Origin: Candidatus Marinacidobacterales bacterium | Lineage (GTDB): Bacteria > Acidobacteriota > Vicinamibacteria > Marinacidobacterales > SMYC01 | Length of the DNA: 64,000 bases | Reading direction: 5' to 3' | Assembly: GCA_965237955.1 (NCBI GenBank) | Contig: OZ250169.1 | Coordinates: forward strand, 7,744,001 to 7,808,000 | Part shown: positions 19,663 through 29,843 of the stretch, piece by piece | Numbering within the stretch: position 1 is the first letter of the stretch | Layout: every line of letters starts with the position of its first letter | Translations under genes and position numbers: made by a program | Notes under the pieces: generated by a model | Databases searched by the model: none | What the model saw: the letters and a program-made list of their open reading frames with translations, nothing else | Told to the model about the DNA's origin: nothing

Positions 19663-20990
19663 CGTGTGACGGTGAGATAGATGGGGTAGCTCGCCGCGAT
19701 GAGAACAAGCGCATACGCACTATGCCTCGGATCGCCGAAGACGCTTCCCACCAGAAACGCCAGCGAGCCGACGAGAGCGATGAGAGGCGGCCAAGGGTAG
19801 CCCCACACGCGAAAAGGTCTCGGCTGCTCCGGCTCCCGCTTTCGGAGAATGAAAAGCGCAAGGAACCCGGAGATGTAGACGGTGACGTAAAAGAAAGAAG
19901 CGATCGCGATCAGTGTCTCGAATGTGCCGCTGGCGACGAGGGCAATCGCGGAGCCCGTCGTCAGCACCATGGCTGTCAGCGGCGTACCTCGCGGATTCAC
20001 CTCGGACGCTTTGGAGAAGAACAAGCCGTCACGGCTCATCGCGAACAGAATGCGGGTCGCTAGAAGCAGCACGGCGTTGATGACGCTCAGGAGCGACAAG
20101 AGGGAGAGCGCGATGATGATACGGCCACCGTCGCCTCCGAAAATTCTCTGGGCCGCATCGGCGGCCGGCAGGGTCGAGCCCGCGAGCTCCGAAAGCGGCA
20201 GAGTGTAGACAAGCGCGAGGTTCACCAGCACGTAGATCCCGATGATGCACAGAACACCGCCAATCGCCGACGTGGGTAGGTTTCTTGCCGGGTCCTTGTC
20301 TTCTTCGGTGAAGTAGATGGCGCTGTACCAACCGTCGTACGTCACGATCACCGACTGAAGAGCCACCACGATCGCGACGACGGCGGCGGTGAGGCCTCCT
20401 GGAATCCGGGGTGCTGCCGTCGCGAGTGACGGCACGGCCTCCTCCTCCGAGCGACCATAGAGGAAGCACACGACGACGAACCCGATCAGCGCCACGCCCT
20501 TGAGCACGCTCGTCAGATCCTGCGTCCAGCTACTCGACCGCAGCCCGAGCCAGTGCAGAACGGCGAAGAAGACGAGCGTCCCGATGGCGACGGAGCGGAC
20601 CCCTCCGGGGATCGCGGGAAAAAGCGCCACGGAAAACTCCCCTATCGCCGTCGACAAAAAGGCGAGCGCCGCGCTCTGGGCGATCCAGTCAATCCAGCCG
20701 ACCGTAAAGCCGCCGTAGTTTCCGAAAGCACGGCGGGCATAAACGTACCAGCCACCCGCGCTCGGAAGCATCGTCCCGAGCTCGACCACGGAGATCGTGC
20801 CGAAAAGAGCGTAGACACCACCTATTATCCAGATAGTGACGATGGCCCAGACACTCGGTATCTGCTCCGCCACGAGCCCCGGCGTCCGGAGGATACCGAC
20901 GCCGACCGTGCCGCCCACGGTCACGGCAATCCCGAATCCGACCCCGAGGATCCGCAATAGACCCGGCCGGTGCTCTTCCTGTCTGGTCAA
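19635..20990 (-). CDS. APC family amino acid permease
   Basis: VGVGILRTPG, ELGTMLPSAGGWYVY, YDGW, RPFRVWGYP, about 12 TM segments. Confidence 0.9.
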   Translation of the reverse strand: MTRQEEHRPGLLRILGVGFGIAVTVGGTVGVGILRTPGLVAEQIPSVWAIVTIWIIGGVYALFGTISVVELGTMLPSAGGWYVYARRAFGNYGGFTVGWIDWIAQSAALAFLSTAIGEFSVALFPAIPGGVRSVAIGTLVFFAVLHWLGLRSSSWTQDLTSVLKGVALIGFVVVCFLYGRSEEEAVPSLATAAPRIPGGLTAAVVAIVVALQSVIVTYDGWYSAIYFTEEDKDPARNLPTSAIGGVLCIIGIYVLVNLALVYTLPLSELAGSTLPAADAAQRIFGGDGGRIIIALSLLSLLSVINAVLLLATRILFAMSRDGLFFSKASEVNPRGTPLTAMVLTTGSAIALVASGTFETLIAIASFFYVTVYISGFLALFILRKREPEQPRPFRVWGYPWPPLIALVGSLAFLVGSVFGDPRHSAYALVLIAASYPIYLTVTRYDPSQPSA

Positions 20991-21318
20991 AGCGCGTCCA
21001 TTGTACTGGACGGCAAGTTAGTTTCTGATGATCCGAGCGAGCAGGGTTCCATCCCGACACAAATCAACCTCATCACGAATTGGCACCAGGAGCTCGAGCG
21101 CCTCGTTCCGACCCAGCCAAATTCTACTGCTCTGAACCCGCTGATCTTGTCGGCAAAGTCCTGAAGTGGGTAAAAAAGAAACAAAAAATCTCCCGCAAGT
21201 GCAAGCAAGTAGGAAGTTAACTAGCTGCCTGATTTGACTTTACGTCATTGTTTCACTTAAGATACACCTCACGGAAGACATAGAAATCTACCCGCCAACG
21301 AGGCAGTTTCCGGTCAGC

Positions 21319-22584
21319 TTGGAACCTATAAGACAACCCATCCGCAGCGAGGAAGACCTACGCAACGACGAGCTCGCCGAGGAGATTGCCGCACTTTCCG
21401 CCCAGCTCCAGTCAGCCGATTACCGGCTGTTGGTGCTGCTTCGCGAGTTCGATGAGAAAGGTGGCTGGGCGCAGCAGGGCTGCAAGACATGCGCTCACTG
21501 GTTGTCGTGGCGCGTCGGCCTCAATGCCGGCGCGGCTCGCGAGAAAATCCGGGTGGCCCGCGCCTTGGCGAACCTGCCCCTCATCAGCGAGTCCATGCGC
21601 AAGGGTGAGATCTCCTACTCGAAAGTGCGCGCGGTGACGCGCGTGGCGACGCCGAACAACGAGGAGCCATTGCTCACCATCGCGCTCGGCGGAACGGCGT
21701 GTCAGGTCGAGCGCATTGTCCGCGCCTGGCGCAAAGTCGACCTCCAGGCGGAAAAAGACCACGCCAACTACCAGCAAGACCACGCGAGCCTCACGACCTA
21801 CGTAGACGACGACGGGATGGTCGTGATCAAGGGCAGATTACCGGCGGAGGTTGGTGCGGTCGTCGTCAAAGCGCTCGAAGCGGCATCGGACGTTCTCTAT
21901 AAGGATGACAGGAGACGGTCACTAGAGCATCGGCGGGTCGAAGCGTTGAAGCTCATCGCGGAAGCCGCCTTGAAGGCGGAGCTAGACCCCGGCAACAGCG
22001 CGGACCGATATCAGGTCGTCGTCCATATCGACCAGCAGGTACTCGAGGACCCAGAACAGCCGGGTCAATCCGCTTTGGAAGGCGGGATCGGCGTTTCCGC
22101 GGAAACGTCTCGGCGCATCGCGTGCGACGCGTCGATCATCGAGATGAAACACGACGAGAAAGGCAACGTGCTAGACGTCGGGCGCAAAACCAGGAAGATC
22201 CCACCCGCGATTCGGCGCGCTCTCGACGCTCGCGACCCCACATGCGTGTGGCCGGGCTGTCACAGCAAGTTCGTGCAGGGCCATCACCTCGAGTTCTGGG
22301 CGGAGGGAGGTGGGACCAAGCTCCGAAATCTTTGCAACCTCTGCAGTTACCATCATCATTTGGTTCACGATGGCGATTATCGTGTCGAGATGCTCGCCGA
22401 CGGCAAGTTTCGTGTTACCCATTCCAGGGGATGGGTGATACCGGAAGTTCCTCCACCTGCGAAACTACCCGACAAACCGCTTACCGACATCGAGCTCGAA
22501 GGTTGGGAAGGCGAACCGAAGTGGGGCTACGATCCGATCGACTTGCCGCTCGTGATCAATACGATGTGGCTCCCGAGGAACTGA
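21319..22584 (+). CDS. HNH endonuclease with DUF222 domain
   Basis: GEISYSKVRA, RRIACDA, CVWPGC...HH...GGGT...NLCSYHHHLVH. Confidence 0.9.
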   Translation: MEPIRQPIRSEEDLRNDELAEEIAALSAQLQSADYRLLVLLREFDEKGGWAQQGCKTCAHWLSWRVGLNAGAAREKIRVARALANLPLISESMRKGEISYSKVRAVTRVATPNNEEPLLTIALGGTACQVERIVRAWRKVDLQAEKDHANYQQDHASLTTYVDDDGMVVIKGRLPAEVGAVVVKALEAASDVLYKDDRRRSLEHRRVEALKLIAEAALKAELDPGNSADRYQVVVHIDQQVLEDPEQPGQSALEGGIGVSAETSRRIACDASIIEMKHDEKGNVLDVGRKTRKIPPAIRRALDARDPTCVWPGCHSKFVQGHHLEFWAEGGGTKLRNLCNLCSYHHHLVHDGDYRVEMLADGKFRVTHSRGWVIPEVPPPAKLPDKPLTDIELEGWEGEPKWGYDPIDLPLVINTMWLPRN

Positions 22585-22587
22585 CGA

Positions 22588-25028
22588 TTACCGGCCGATG
22601 TCGAACTGCTTCGTGTACTTGACGATGAGCTGCCGGCCTTTCGGGCCTCTCTCGAATCCGGTGCGATCGAAAGCGCCGAAGTGCTGGATGTCGTTGTACA
22701 CGACGTAGAGGCGGTGCCGGCGGTGTTCAGCCAGCCGAAGCGGATGTTGCTGCTGACGTCTTCGGTCTCGTTGTTGTACTGGACCGTGGCCTGGAGAAAA
22801 ATCCGTGGCGTGAACGAATACGATCCCTTGAGCGCCACGACCGACGTAATGAAGTCGCCCTCGTTAAGGTTCACGTTGAAGTAGGCCACGCGTAGCGACG
22901 TGATGAACTTGTCCTGGTAGCGGTAGTTCACCGTGGTCGTGGTTCCGACCCTGCGGCCAGAGTAGAAACCACCCGCGTCGATCGTGCCCTGCACCGAGAA
23001 CGGAGCGCTGAGGTTCGTGTTGGCCCTAAACCCCCAATCGAAGTTTTCGTAGGTTCCGGGCGGGATGACGACGCCTTCACTGATCTCGAACGGCTCCTTG
23101 AGGCCTTCGCCGGTGAAGTTCACCGCCGGTAATTGGAAGAACGCGCCGTTCGAAAACTCGAAGTGGTTGTCGATATGGACGGAGTAGGATTCGGTGAAGC
23201 CCTCCAGGTCCCAGAACTGTCGCCACAAAATATGCGGCCTCAGCTCCCTGAACCATTCGACGTTCGGAAAACGGAATGCGCGTAGGATAAGGGTAGTGAT
23301 GTGGCGGTAGTCTCGCCGAGGCAGGAACCCGACCTCGGGGTTGAACTCCGCTCCGATCTCCCGATAAGTCGCGGACAAACGCCATTCGCGGGTATTGTAC
23401 GAACTTCTGAAGTTGAATCCGTATTGCCCGTTGTCCACCCCAGGTGTGGTCGTCCCCGCCGCCCAGCCGGTGAGATTGATGGCCTCGCCGATCCCGTAGG
23501 TACCATCGACCGCGTAGGTGAGGTTGTAGTCGCTCGAATTGTCGGTGTTCACTCGCGACACGAAGATTCCCCCGACACGGGTGCGGTTTTCGAACTCCTG
23601 GAACAGCCGCACCACACCGAAGTTGTTGGGCGGCTCGACGCGAACGTCCTCACCGATGTCGTCGTCGAAGACATCGAGGTGGTTGGCTTGGATCGCTAGT
23701 CCCCTGGAACAGAGGTTCGTAGCCTAAAGCTCGACGCCATTTTGTGGGCTGGCGAGGCGTGACGACGAAGTCATATTGGAATATTTCGAGGAGGAACAAC
23801 GAAGCCAGCGCGCAAAAAGGGCCCGAGATTTAGGCTACGAACCTCTGTTCCAGGGGACTAGGAACCCGACTTGCATGCCGGCCATCTTGCCGGTCAACCG
23901 GGCGCCGCCCTGGATCGGGACGGATTCGCCTCCGAAGAGGCCAATGCGTCTACTGAAGAACAGCTCGGCGGAACGCGGCGAACCCACTGAAAACGACCCC
24001 GCGTTCTCGAGAAAAAACGGCCGCTTCTCGGGAAAGAACAAGGGGAATCGGGTGAGGTTCACCTGCAGATCATCGACCTCGACCTGCGCGAAGTCGGTGT
24101 TGACCGTCAGGTCCAACGTCAGGCTCTGCGTCAGCCCGATCTTGGCCTCTCCGCCGATCGTGCCGTCGCCCGAGGCCGCCGACTCGCGCGTGTAGTCGCG
24201 AGAAACATCGCCGAGAGCATAAGGTGTTACCGTGAAGATCTTTCGGTTGGGCGCCTCGAACTCGGTGAGTGTTCCCGCAAGCGATACGCGGAACAATGTG
24301 AATTGACGCGGGATCGGTGACCACACTGACCGTTCGTTGCGAATGCGGATGTTGCGGGCGAAGTTCACGCCCCACGTCTGTCCACCACCGTGTTGATAGC
24401 GCAGCGTGTCGAAAGGGATGCGAAGCTCTGCGAACCAGCCGCTCTCGTCGGTAGAGGTTGCGACTTCCCAGGCGCCGTCCCAATTGACGTTGAAGCCACC
24501 GCCGGAGCCGGCCCGCTGACGTCGTGGTCCGCGGCCTCCCCCTCCTCCTCCTCCTCTGCCACCCTGACCGTCGCGGGTGACCTGACCGTCGAACTCGATG
24601 CCCGCGGGCGTCGTCCCGAAGACGAACCCGTTCTGCCGGTCCAGGTAGGTATCGATCACCATCACAAAGGCGTCGGTGTTTTGAAGCGACGCATCGCGAC
24701 GGCTCTCTCCGACGACGATTGTGGAGGGGTCGTCGACGAACATCCACGCGCCAACGTATAACGCCGACTCGTCATAGACGAGACGGATCTCGGTTCGCTC
24801 CGAGACCGGCTCTCCCTCGACTGGCTCGAGCTGCACGAAGTCGCTAAGGATCTCGGCGTCGTTCCAGGCGATGTCGTCGAGACGTCCGTCGATGACCGGG
24901 GGTTCTGCTACCAGCGCCGCCGTTCCCACTGGTACCCGGGTTCGGTCGGCGGTCGCTGGGGGATCCTGAGCTTTTAGGACAAAAGCTGAAAGCGAGAGGA
25001 CGATGATCGGGATTGTCGGGTTGCGCAC
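22588..25028 (-). pseudogene. CBM9-like/DUF5916 outer-membrane protein interrupted by a MITE
   Basis: PVIDGRLDD, TVNTDFAQVEVD, FFPEKRPFFLE, LFFSRRIG. Excising the insert rejoins GFL-AIQ in frame. Extra frameshift at ~22711. Confidence 0.85.
23696..23861. mobile_element. MITE flanked by duplicated CTAG
   Basis: 33-bp perfect inverted repeat CTAGTCCCCTGGAACAGAGGTTCGTAGCCTAAA at both ends, non-coding core, net insertion of 162 bp. Confidence 0.9.
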
Positions 25029-25373
25029 GCGCTTCGTTGTCAGTTCGAATGGTTACGAGTTACACAGGAAAAGCTTACAGTGCTAGACGCGTTGCCCCGT
25101 TCGCGACAATACCACTACCGGGCCAGCTGCGCTACGCCTGGTTCAAAGCACTGGGCGAGGGGTGCGGGGCGATGCGCGCGCAACATCAAGTATGGTTGGC
25201 GCCGAACACGTGTGCTCGTGACGAGCCCGTGGAAGTCGAACCGAATCGCTCCAAGCGCCTACAAACCCTGAATCCAATCTTTGATCAAGGGCTTGCTGAG
25301 AACGACATAAGGCAGGGGCAAAAAAGCATGGCGTGAGGATGGTCTCAGCGGTTCGTCCGTGATAAAACATCCC

Positions 25374-26657
25374 ATGCCGAAAAGAAAATCTCGCGGCCGT
25401 AAGGCCGCCTCGGGACGGAAGACTGCCGCAACCAAACGCAAGGCCACTCGCAAAAAAGCCCCCGTAAAGGCCAAAAAAGCCAAAAAAGAGGGCAAGAAGA
25501 GGGGGGCTGTCCGCGCCAAGCGGAGTGCTCCGGCGCGCAAGAGGCCGGCAAAAAAGTCCGCCAAGCGCCGCGTAGCGGTGAAAAAGGACGCCCGGCGCAA
25601 GAAGCGAGGAGGTAAGGCGCCTAGGGCGAATGCGTCGAGCGGTGTCCCGCTGTATCTTCTGTCGGTGGAGCTCGAGAACGTGCGCTGCTTCGGGCCGTCG
25701 CAAACCTTGCAGCTTTCGACCGAGCGCGGGCAGCCGATTCCATGGACGGTGATTTTCGGCGACAACGGGTCCGGAAAAACGACACTGTTGCAGGCCGTGT
25801 GCGGCGTTGCCTCTACCTTGCAGGACCGCAAGGAAGTGCCATCGTTCATTCGCTACAACTGGTGGCCCCAACGCCGGCCGTCGAAGGCCACTCTCGTCAG
25901 CGCGAACGTGTTGCTACGGCCGCGTGAGGTGGCCGAGTTCTCGGTGCGTTACGCTCCGGAGCGTCGCCGTCAGAGTCCTCCGCCGCGCTGGGATTTCAAC
26001 CGCGACGGAACGCTGAACTACTTCGGCTACGGAGCGTCCCGCCGCTACGGAAACACGGCGGATTCGGGACGCAAGCCGCTGGAATCCTCGGGGGACGAGA
26101 GCCTCTTCGTGGATGAGGCCGAGCTTCTCAACGCCGAGGAGTGGTTCGTGCAAATGAGCCACTTCGGCCCCGCGCGCCGCCAGCTAAGGGAAGCCCGCGC
26201 GGCGAAGAAGGTGCGGGATCTTCTCAAATCGATCTTGCTCGATGTGTCGGATATACGGATCGCGACGCGTCAAGGGCGTGCGGGGGTCGAGTTCCGGACC
26301 CACTATGGATGGGTCCCGCTGAAAGACCTCAGCATGGGCTATCGCACGCTGATCGCCTGGGTCGTCGACTTCTCCCGCCGCCTCTACGTCCAGAACCCGC
26401 GTAGCGCCAACCCGCTGGCGGGGCCGGCGGTGGTCTGCATCGACGAGATCGACCTGCATCTGCACCAACGGTGGCAGCGCAATCTCATGAACTTCCTCTC
26501 CGAGGTGTTTCCGAAAACGCAGTTCATCTGTTCGGCCCACAACCGAACGGTGGCGCAAGCGGTTCCCCGCGATGCGAACCTCGTTCTTCTACGGCGCAAG
26601 GGTGACCATGTCGAGATCCATAACCACGCGGCGGAGCTTCTGGAAGGCGTGCGCTAG
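25374..26657 (+). CDS. AAA_21/ABC-type ATPase with Lys/Arg/Ala-rich N-terminal tail
   Basis: LENVRCF, GDNGSGKT, LSMGY, CIDEIDLHLHQRWQ, QFICSAH. The first ~85 aa are basic and low-complexity. Confidence 0.85.
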   Translation: MPKRKSRGRKAASGRKTAATKRKATRKKAPVKAKKAKKEGKKRGAVRAKRSAPARKRPAKKSAKRRVAVKKDARRKKRGGKAPRANASSGVPLYLLSVELENVRCFGPSQTLQLSTERGQPIPWTVIFGDNGSGKTTLLQAVCGVASTLQDRKEVPSFIRYNWWPQRRPSKATLVSANVLLRPREVAEFSVRYAPERRRQSPPPRWDFNRDGTLNYFGYGASRRYGNTADSGRKPLESSGDESLFVDEAELLNAEEWFVQMSHFGPARRQLREARAAKKVRDLLKSILLDVSDIRIATRQGRAGVEFRTHYGWVPLKDLSMGYRTLIAWVVDFSRRLYVQNPRSANPLAGPAVVCIDEIDLHLHQRWQRNLMNFLSEVFPKTQFICSAHNRTVAQAVPRDANLVLLRRKGDHVEIHNHAAELLEGVR

Positions 26658-26823
26658 CCGCGTCTTTTCGAGATCGCGTACGAAGCACCGTCAACGGCGA
26701 GAGCTCGTTCATATCCGGAGGCACAAAATCCGCCGCGTTCGACTATACTAGAGACTCTCGTAACCGGGCAAAGCCCACGCACGCCCACGATTCTTCCGTG
26801 AGCGTGCCTTTGAAAGCAGGTCA

Positions 26824-27060
26824 ATGAAACTCTACGTGGGCAACCTTCCTTACAACGCCTCCGAGGAATCCCTCCGCAAGCTCTTCTCGCGCCATGGACA
26901 GGTGCAGGACGTCTGGATCGGCAACACTCGCGTGGGTTCTCCCCACGGCTACGGGTTTGTTCATATGCCGGACGGCTCGAATGCCGAAAAAGCCATATCG
27001 ATGCTCGACGGTGTCCAATTCGAAGGAAAGGAGATCACCGTCCATCAGGCGAGAGACTGA
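26824..27060 (+). CDS. RRM RNA-binding protein
   Basis: RNP2 KLYVGNL and RNP1 HGYGFVHM. Confidence 0.9.
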   Translation: MKLYVGNLPYNASEESLRKLFSRHGQVQDVWIGNTRVGSPHGYGFVHMPDGSNAEKAISMLDGVQFEGKEITVHQARD

Positions 27061-27105
27061 CCATTCCGACGAGCTTCCGAGGATCTCCGCATCTGAAAGT
27101 CTGAA

Positions 27106-28203
27106 ATGCCAATTTGGAACGAAGCGATTGCCAAGCACCAGGTGCCGCGGCTCCGACGCAGCAGCTGGCAACTCGTGAACACACTCCTCCCATACGCGGC
27201 GCTCATGAGTCTGATGGCCTGGACGGCACCGCGTTCCTACTGGATCACTCTGGCTCTCGCCGTTCCCGCAGGGGGCTTTTTGGCACGCATCTTCATCCTC
27301 TTTCACGACTGCGCGCACGGCTCCTTTTTCCGATCGTCTCGAGCGAACGAAGTCTGGGGCGTTCTCATGGGAGTACTGGTGTTTACTCCATATCGAGACT
27401 GGCGCCACGAGCACGCACTCCATCACGCGAGCTCGGGCGATCTGGATCGGCGCGGCAAAGGAGACGTCTGGACGCTCACCGTGCAGGAGTACCTCGAGGC
27501 GTCCGGCTGGAAACGCCTCGGCTATCGTCTCGCGCGCAATCCCGTCGTTCTCTTCTTCCTGGCACCGCTCTGCCTGTTCCTCATCGACCATAGGTTCCCC
27601 AGAACCGGCGGCGGGAAGCGCGAGCGGGCGAGCGTGTACTGGACGAACGCCGCACTCCTTGGGGTCGCTTCCGCCGCGAGTCTCGCTGTCGGCCTCAAAA
27701 CCTATCTGCTCATTCAAGTGCCGGTGCTGATGGTCGCCGCGACGGTGGGGGTTTGGTTGTTCTACGTGCAGCATCAATTCGAAGATGCTTATTGGGAGAG
27801 GGGAAAGGATTGGGACTTCGTGGCTACCGCCCTGAACGGGAGCTCGTTCTACCAGCTTCCCGGGTTCTTGCAGTGGTTCACCGGAAGCATCGGATTCCAT
27901 CACGTTCATCACTTGAGCCCGGCCATTCCCAATTACAACCTCGAGAAATGCCACCGGGAGCACCCGATGTTCCAGGAGGTGAAGCCGCTGACGCTGCGAT
28001 CGAGCTTGAAGTCTCTGAGGCTTCGCCTCTGGGACGAGCAGCGAAGAAAGCTCGTCTCCTATAGGAGACTTCGAGAAATCCGGAGAGAGCGCGCCGCCGC
28101 GCGCGAGAATCGTGACGACTTTACGAATCAGACTGACGTCCGCTCATCGAGTCCACACGTGATGGTGACGAGGGAAATGACAACCGCCGGGCCGAGCAGT
28201 TGA
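27106..28203 (+). CDS. Membrane fatty acid desaturase
   Basis: His boxes HDCAH, HALHH, HHVHH. Confidence 0.9.
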   Translation: MPIWNEAIAKHQVPRLRRSSWQLVNTLLPYAALMSLMAWTAPRSYWITLALAVPAGGFLARIFILFHDCAHGSFFRSSRANEVWGVLMGVLVFTPYRDWRHEHALHHASSGDLDRRGKGDVWTLTVQEYLEASGWKRLGYRLARNPVVLFFLAPLCLFLIDHRFPRTGGGKRERASVYWTNAALLGVASAASLAVGLKTYLLIQVPVLMVAATVGVWLFYVQHQFEDAYWERGKDWDFVATALNGSSFYQLPGFLQWFTGSIGFHHVHHLSPAIPNYNLEKCHREHPMFQEVKPLTLRSSLKSLRLRLWDEQRRKLVSYRRLREIRRERAAARENRDDFTNQTDVRSSSPHVMVTREMTTAGPSS

Positions 28204-28261
28204 GCGGTTGAATCCGATCAAGCCAAAATCTTCACTGGCTGATGGCGCGCGACTTTCGTTC

Positions 28262-28800
28262 GAAGTGAGGTTTATCTGCCGAGGACACCAAGCTCGACCG
28301 GAAAGTCGCCCTGAAGGTTCTCCCGCCGGAGCTAGCCGAGAGCGAGGAGCGCCGGGCCCGGTTCACACGAGAGGCAAAAGCCATCGCGGCGCTGAACCAC
28401 CCGAACATCGTCCACGCCTACTCCGTCGAGGAGGCCGACGGCCTTCACTTCATCACGATGGAGCTGGTCCGCGGAAAAACGCTTTCGGAGCTCCTCCCAA
28501 AGAATGGATTCCTCGTCAGCCGCTTCTTCGATATTGCGATTCCGCTGGCGGATGCGGTTGCGGCGGCCCACCAGGAAGGGCATCACCCACCGGGATCTCA
28601 AGCCCGACAACGTGATGGTGAGCGACGACGGCGAATAAAGGTCCTCGACTTCGGGCTGGCCAAACCCCATGCGGCGATGGGCTCGAGTGCAAGGGACAGT
28701 GATCTTCCAACCGCACAAAGGACGCAGGAAGGCCGCATCCTGGGGACGTTTGCCTACATGTCGCCCGAACAGGCGGAAGGTAAGCCCCTCGACGCCCGTT
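28262..28800 (+). pseudogene. Ser/Thr protein kinase remnant
   Basis: Broken frames give TKLDRKVALKVL, LNHPNIV, HRDLKPDN, KVLDFGLAK, YMSPEQ. Truncated after DAR. Confidence 0.85.
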
Positions 28801-29276
28801 TAGAAAGGCCCGGGAAGGCTGGAGTCGTCTTCGGCCTGGACGGAGCGAACCGGAGAGGTCACGATGTGACCGTTTTCGCCATAGATCTCCATCCGCATCC
28901 CAAGCCCGATCCAGCGCGTCTTGAGCATACAGCCGCCGTAGCTGGATCCACCGAGGCTGGCTTGAACAGGCTCGGTGAAAAACCGTCCGCCCTGAATGAG
29001 CACTGTCGACTCCCCGGGACTGAGCACAGTCAATTGGTAGAGCGAGTTAAGAGTACGCACCCTCAGCCTGGTGAGCGGCAAAAGCCCCCTCACGTCTACC
29101 CCAGAACGGTCGTGGATGTCTTCGCCAAAGCCCTCAAGCGTGCACAGGCGAGGGACCCAGCGCTCCTTGCTCTCGGAAGGGCGGATCTCGCGAGTGTTCC
29201 GGATGCGTGTCGAGCTCGAGCGAGCGTGTACTTTCATGCCTTTCACGTCGAGCGACGTTACCACAATCTCGCCCAA
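28800..29276 (-). CDS. Hypothetical protein
   Basis: Protein-like VRTLNSLY, QGGRFF, GSSYGG, IVTSPVRS. Start uncertain. Confidence 0.6.
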   Translation of the reverse strand: MGEIVVTSLDVKGMKVHARSSSTRIRNTREIRPSESKERWVPRLCTLEGFGEDIHDRSGVDVRGLLPLTRLRVRTLNSLYQLTVLSPGESTVLIQGGRFFTEPVQASLGGSSYGGCMLKTRWIGLGMRMEIYGENGHIVTSPVRSVQAEDDSSLPGPF

Positions 29277-29496
29277 GATTGTATACAGTCGACGTGCATC
29301 CCCGTTTGAAGCGAGGGACAGTTGCTGCGCTCTGGCGCGTGTCGACTATCTCGCCATCGGTTGAACTATTCGATACCACGGCGTAGAATCCTCGGGTCTT
29401 CCCTGGAGGCTCAGGAGCCCATCCCATGGTCGGGCGCGCGCTCTCAACATATTCAATCGCTTCACATACTAGTGGTTATGTAGTGCACTACGTTAC

Positions 29497-29582
29497 CACT
29501 ACAAGATCCTGGAGAAGATCGGCTCCGGAGGAATGAGAGAAGTCTATCTGGCCGCGGACACCAAGTTAGACCGGCGCCGTCG
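29497..29582 (+). pseudogene. Second Ser/Thr kinase relic (N-terminus)
   Basis: Reads HYKILEKIGSGGMREVYLAADTKLDR. Confidence 0.7.
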
Positions 29583-29843
29583 AATTGCTAATCGATACTG
29601 GCGCGGACCGAACCTTACGTCGAAGCCAAAATGGAGCATGACCGTCTTATGTCGATGGCTTGCGTCGTCAGAGGATAAAGAATGACGGCCTCCTCCGCGT
29701 TCGGAACGTCCTCCATGAGCGACGCTCCGCCGGCTAAACTGTTGGTGTGAGCGAAGTCAAGAGTCTGGTCCGCCTTTCGTCTGCGTCGCGTTCTCGGATT
29801 GCCCGCTAAGCTTCGGGAGCCTCTTTCACTACATCCAAGCGTC

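Noticed and set aside
24536-24556. CCT microsatellite as a phase-variation tract
   Set aside because: It encodes a poly-Gly loop in frame.
26760-26810. c-di-GMP riboswitch suggested by GGCAAA
   Set aside because: The remaining conserved aptamer elements are missing.
28458-29309. 283-aa ORF as an intact kinase
   Set aside because: It is a chimera of frameshifted kinase pieces and the antisense of the neighbouring gene.
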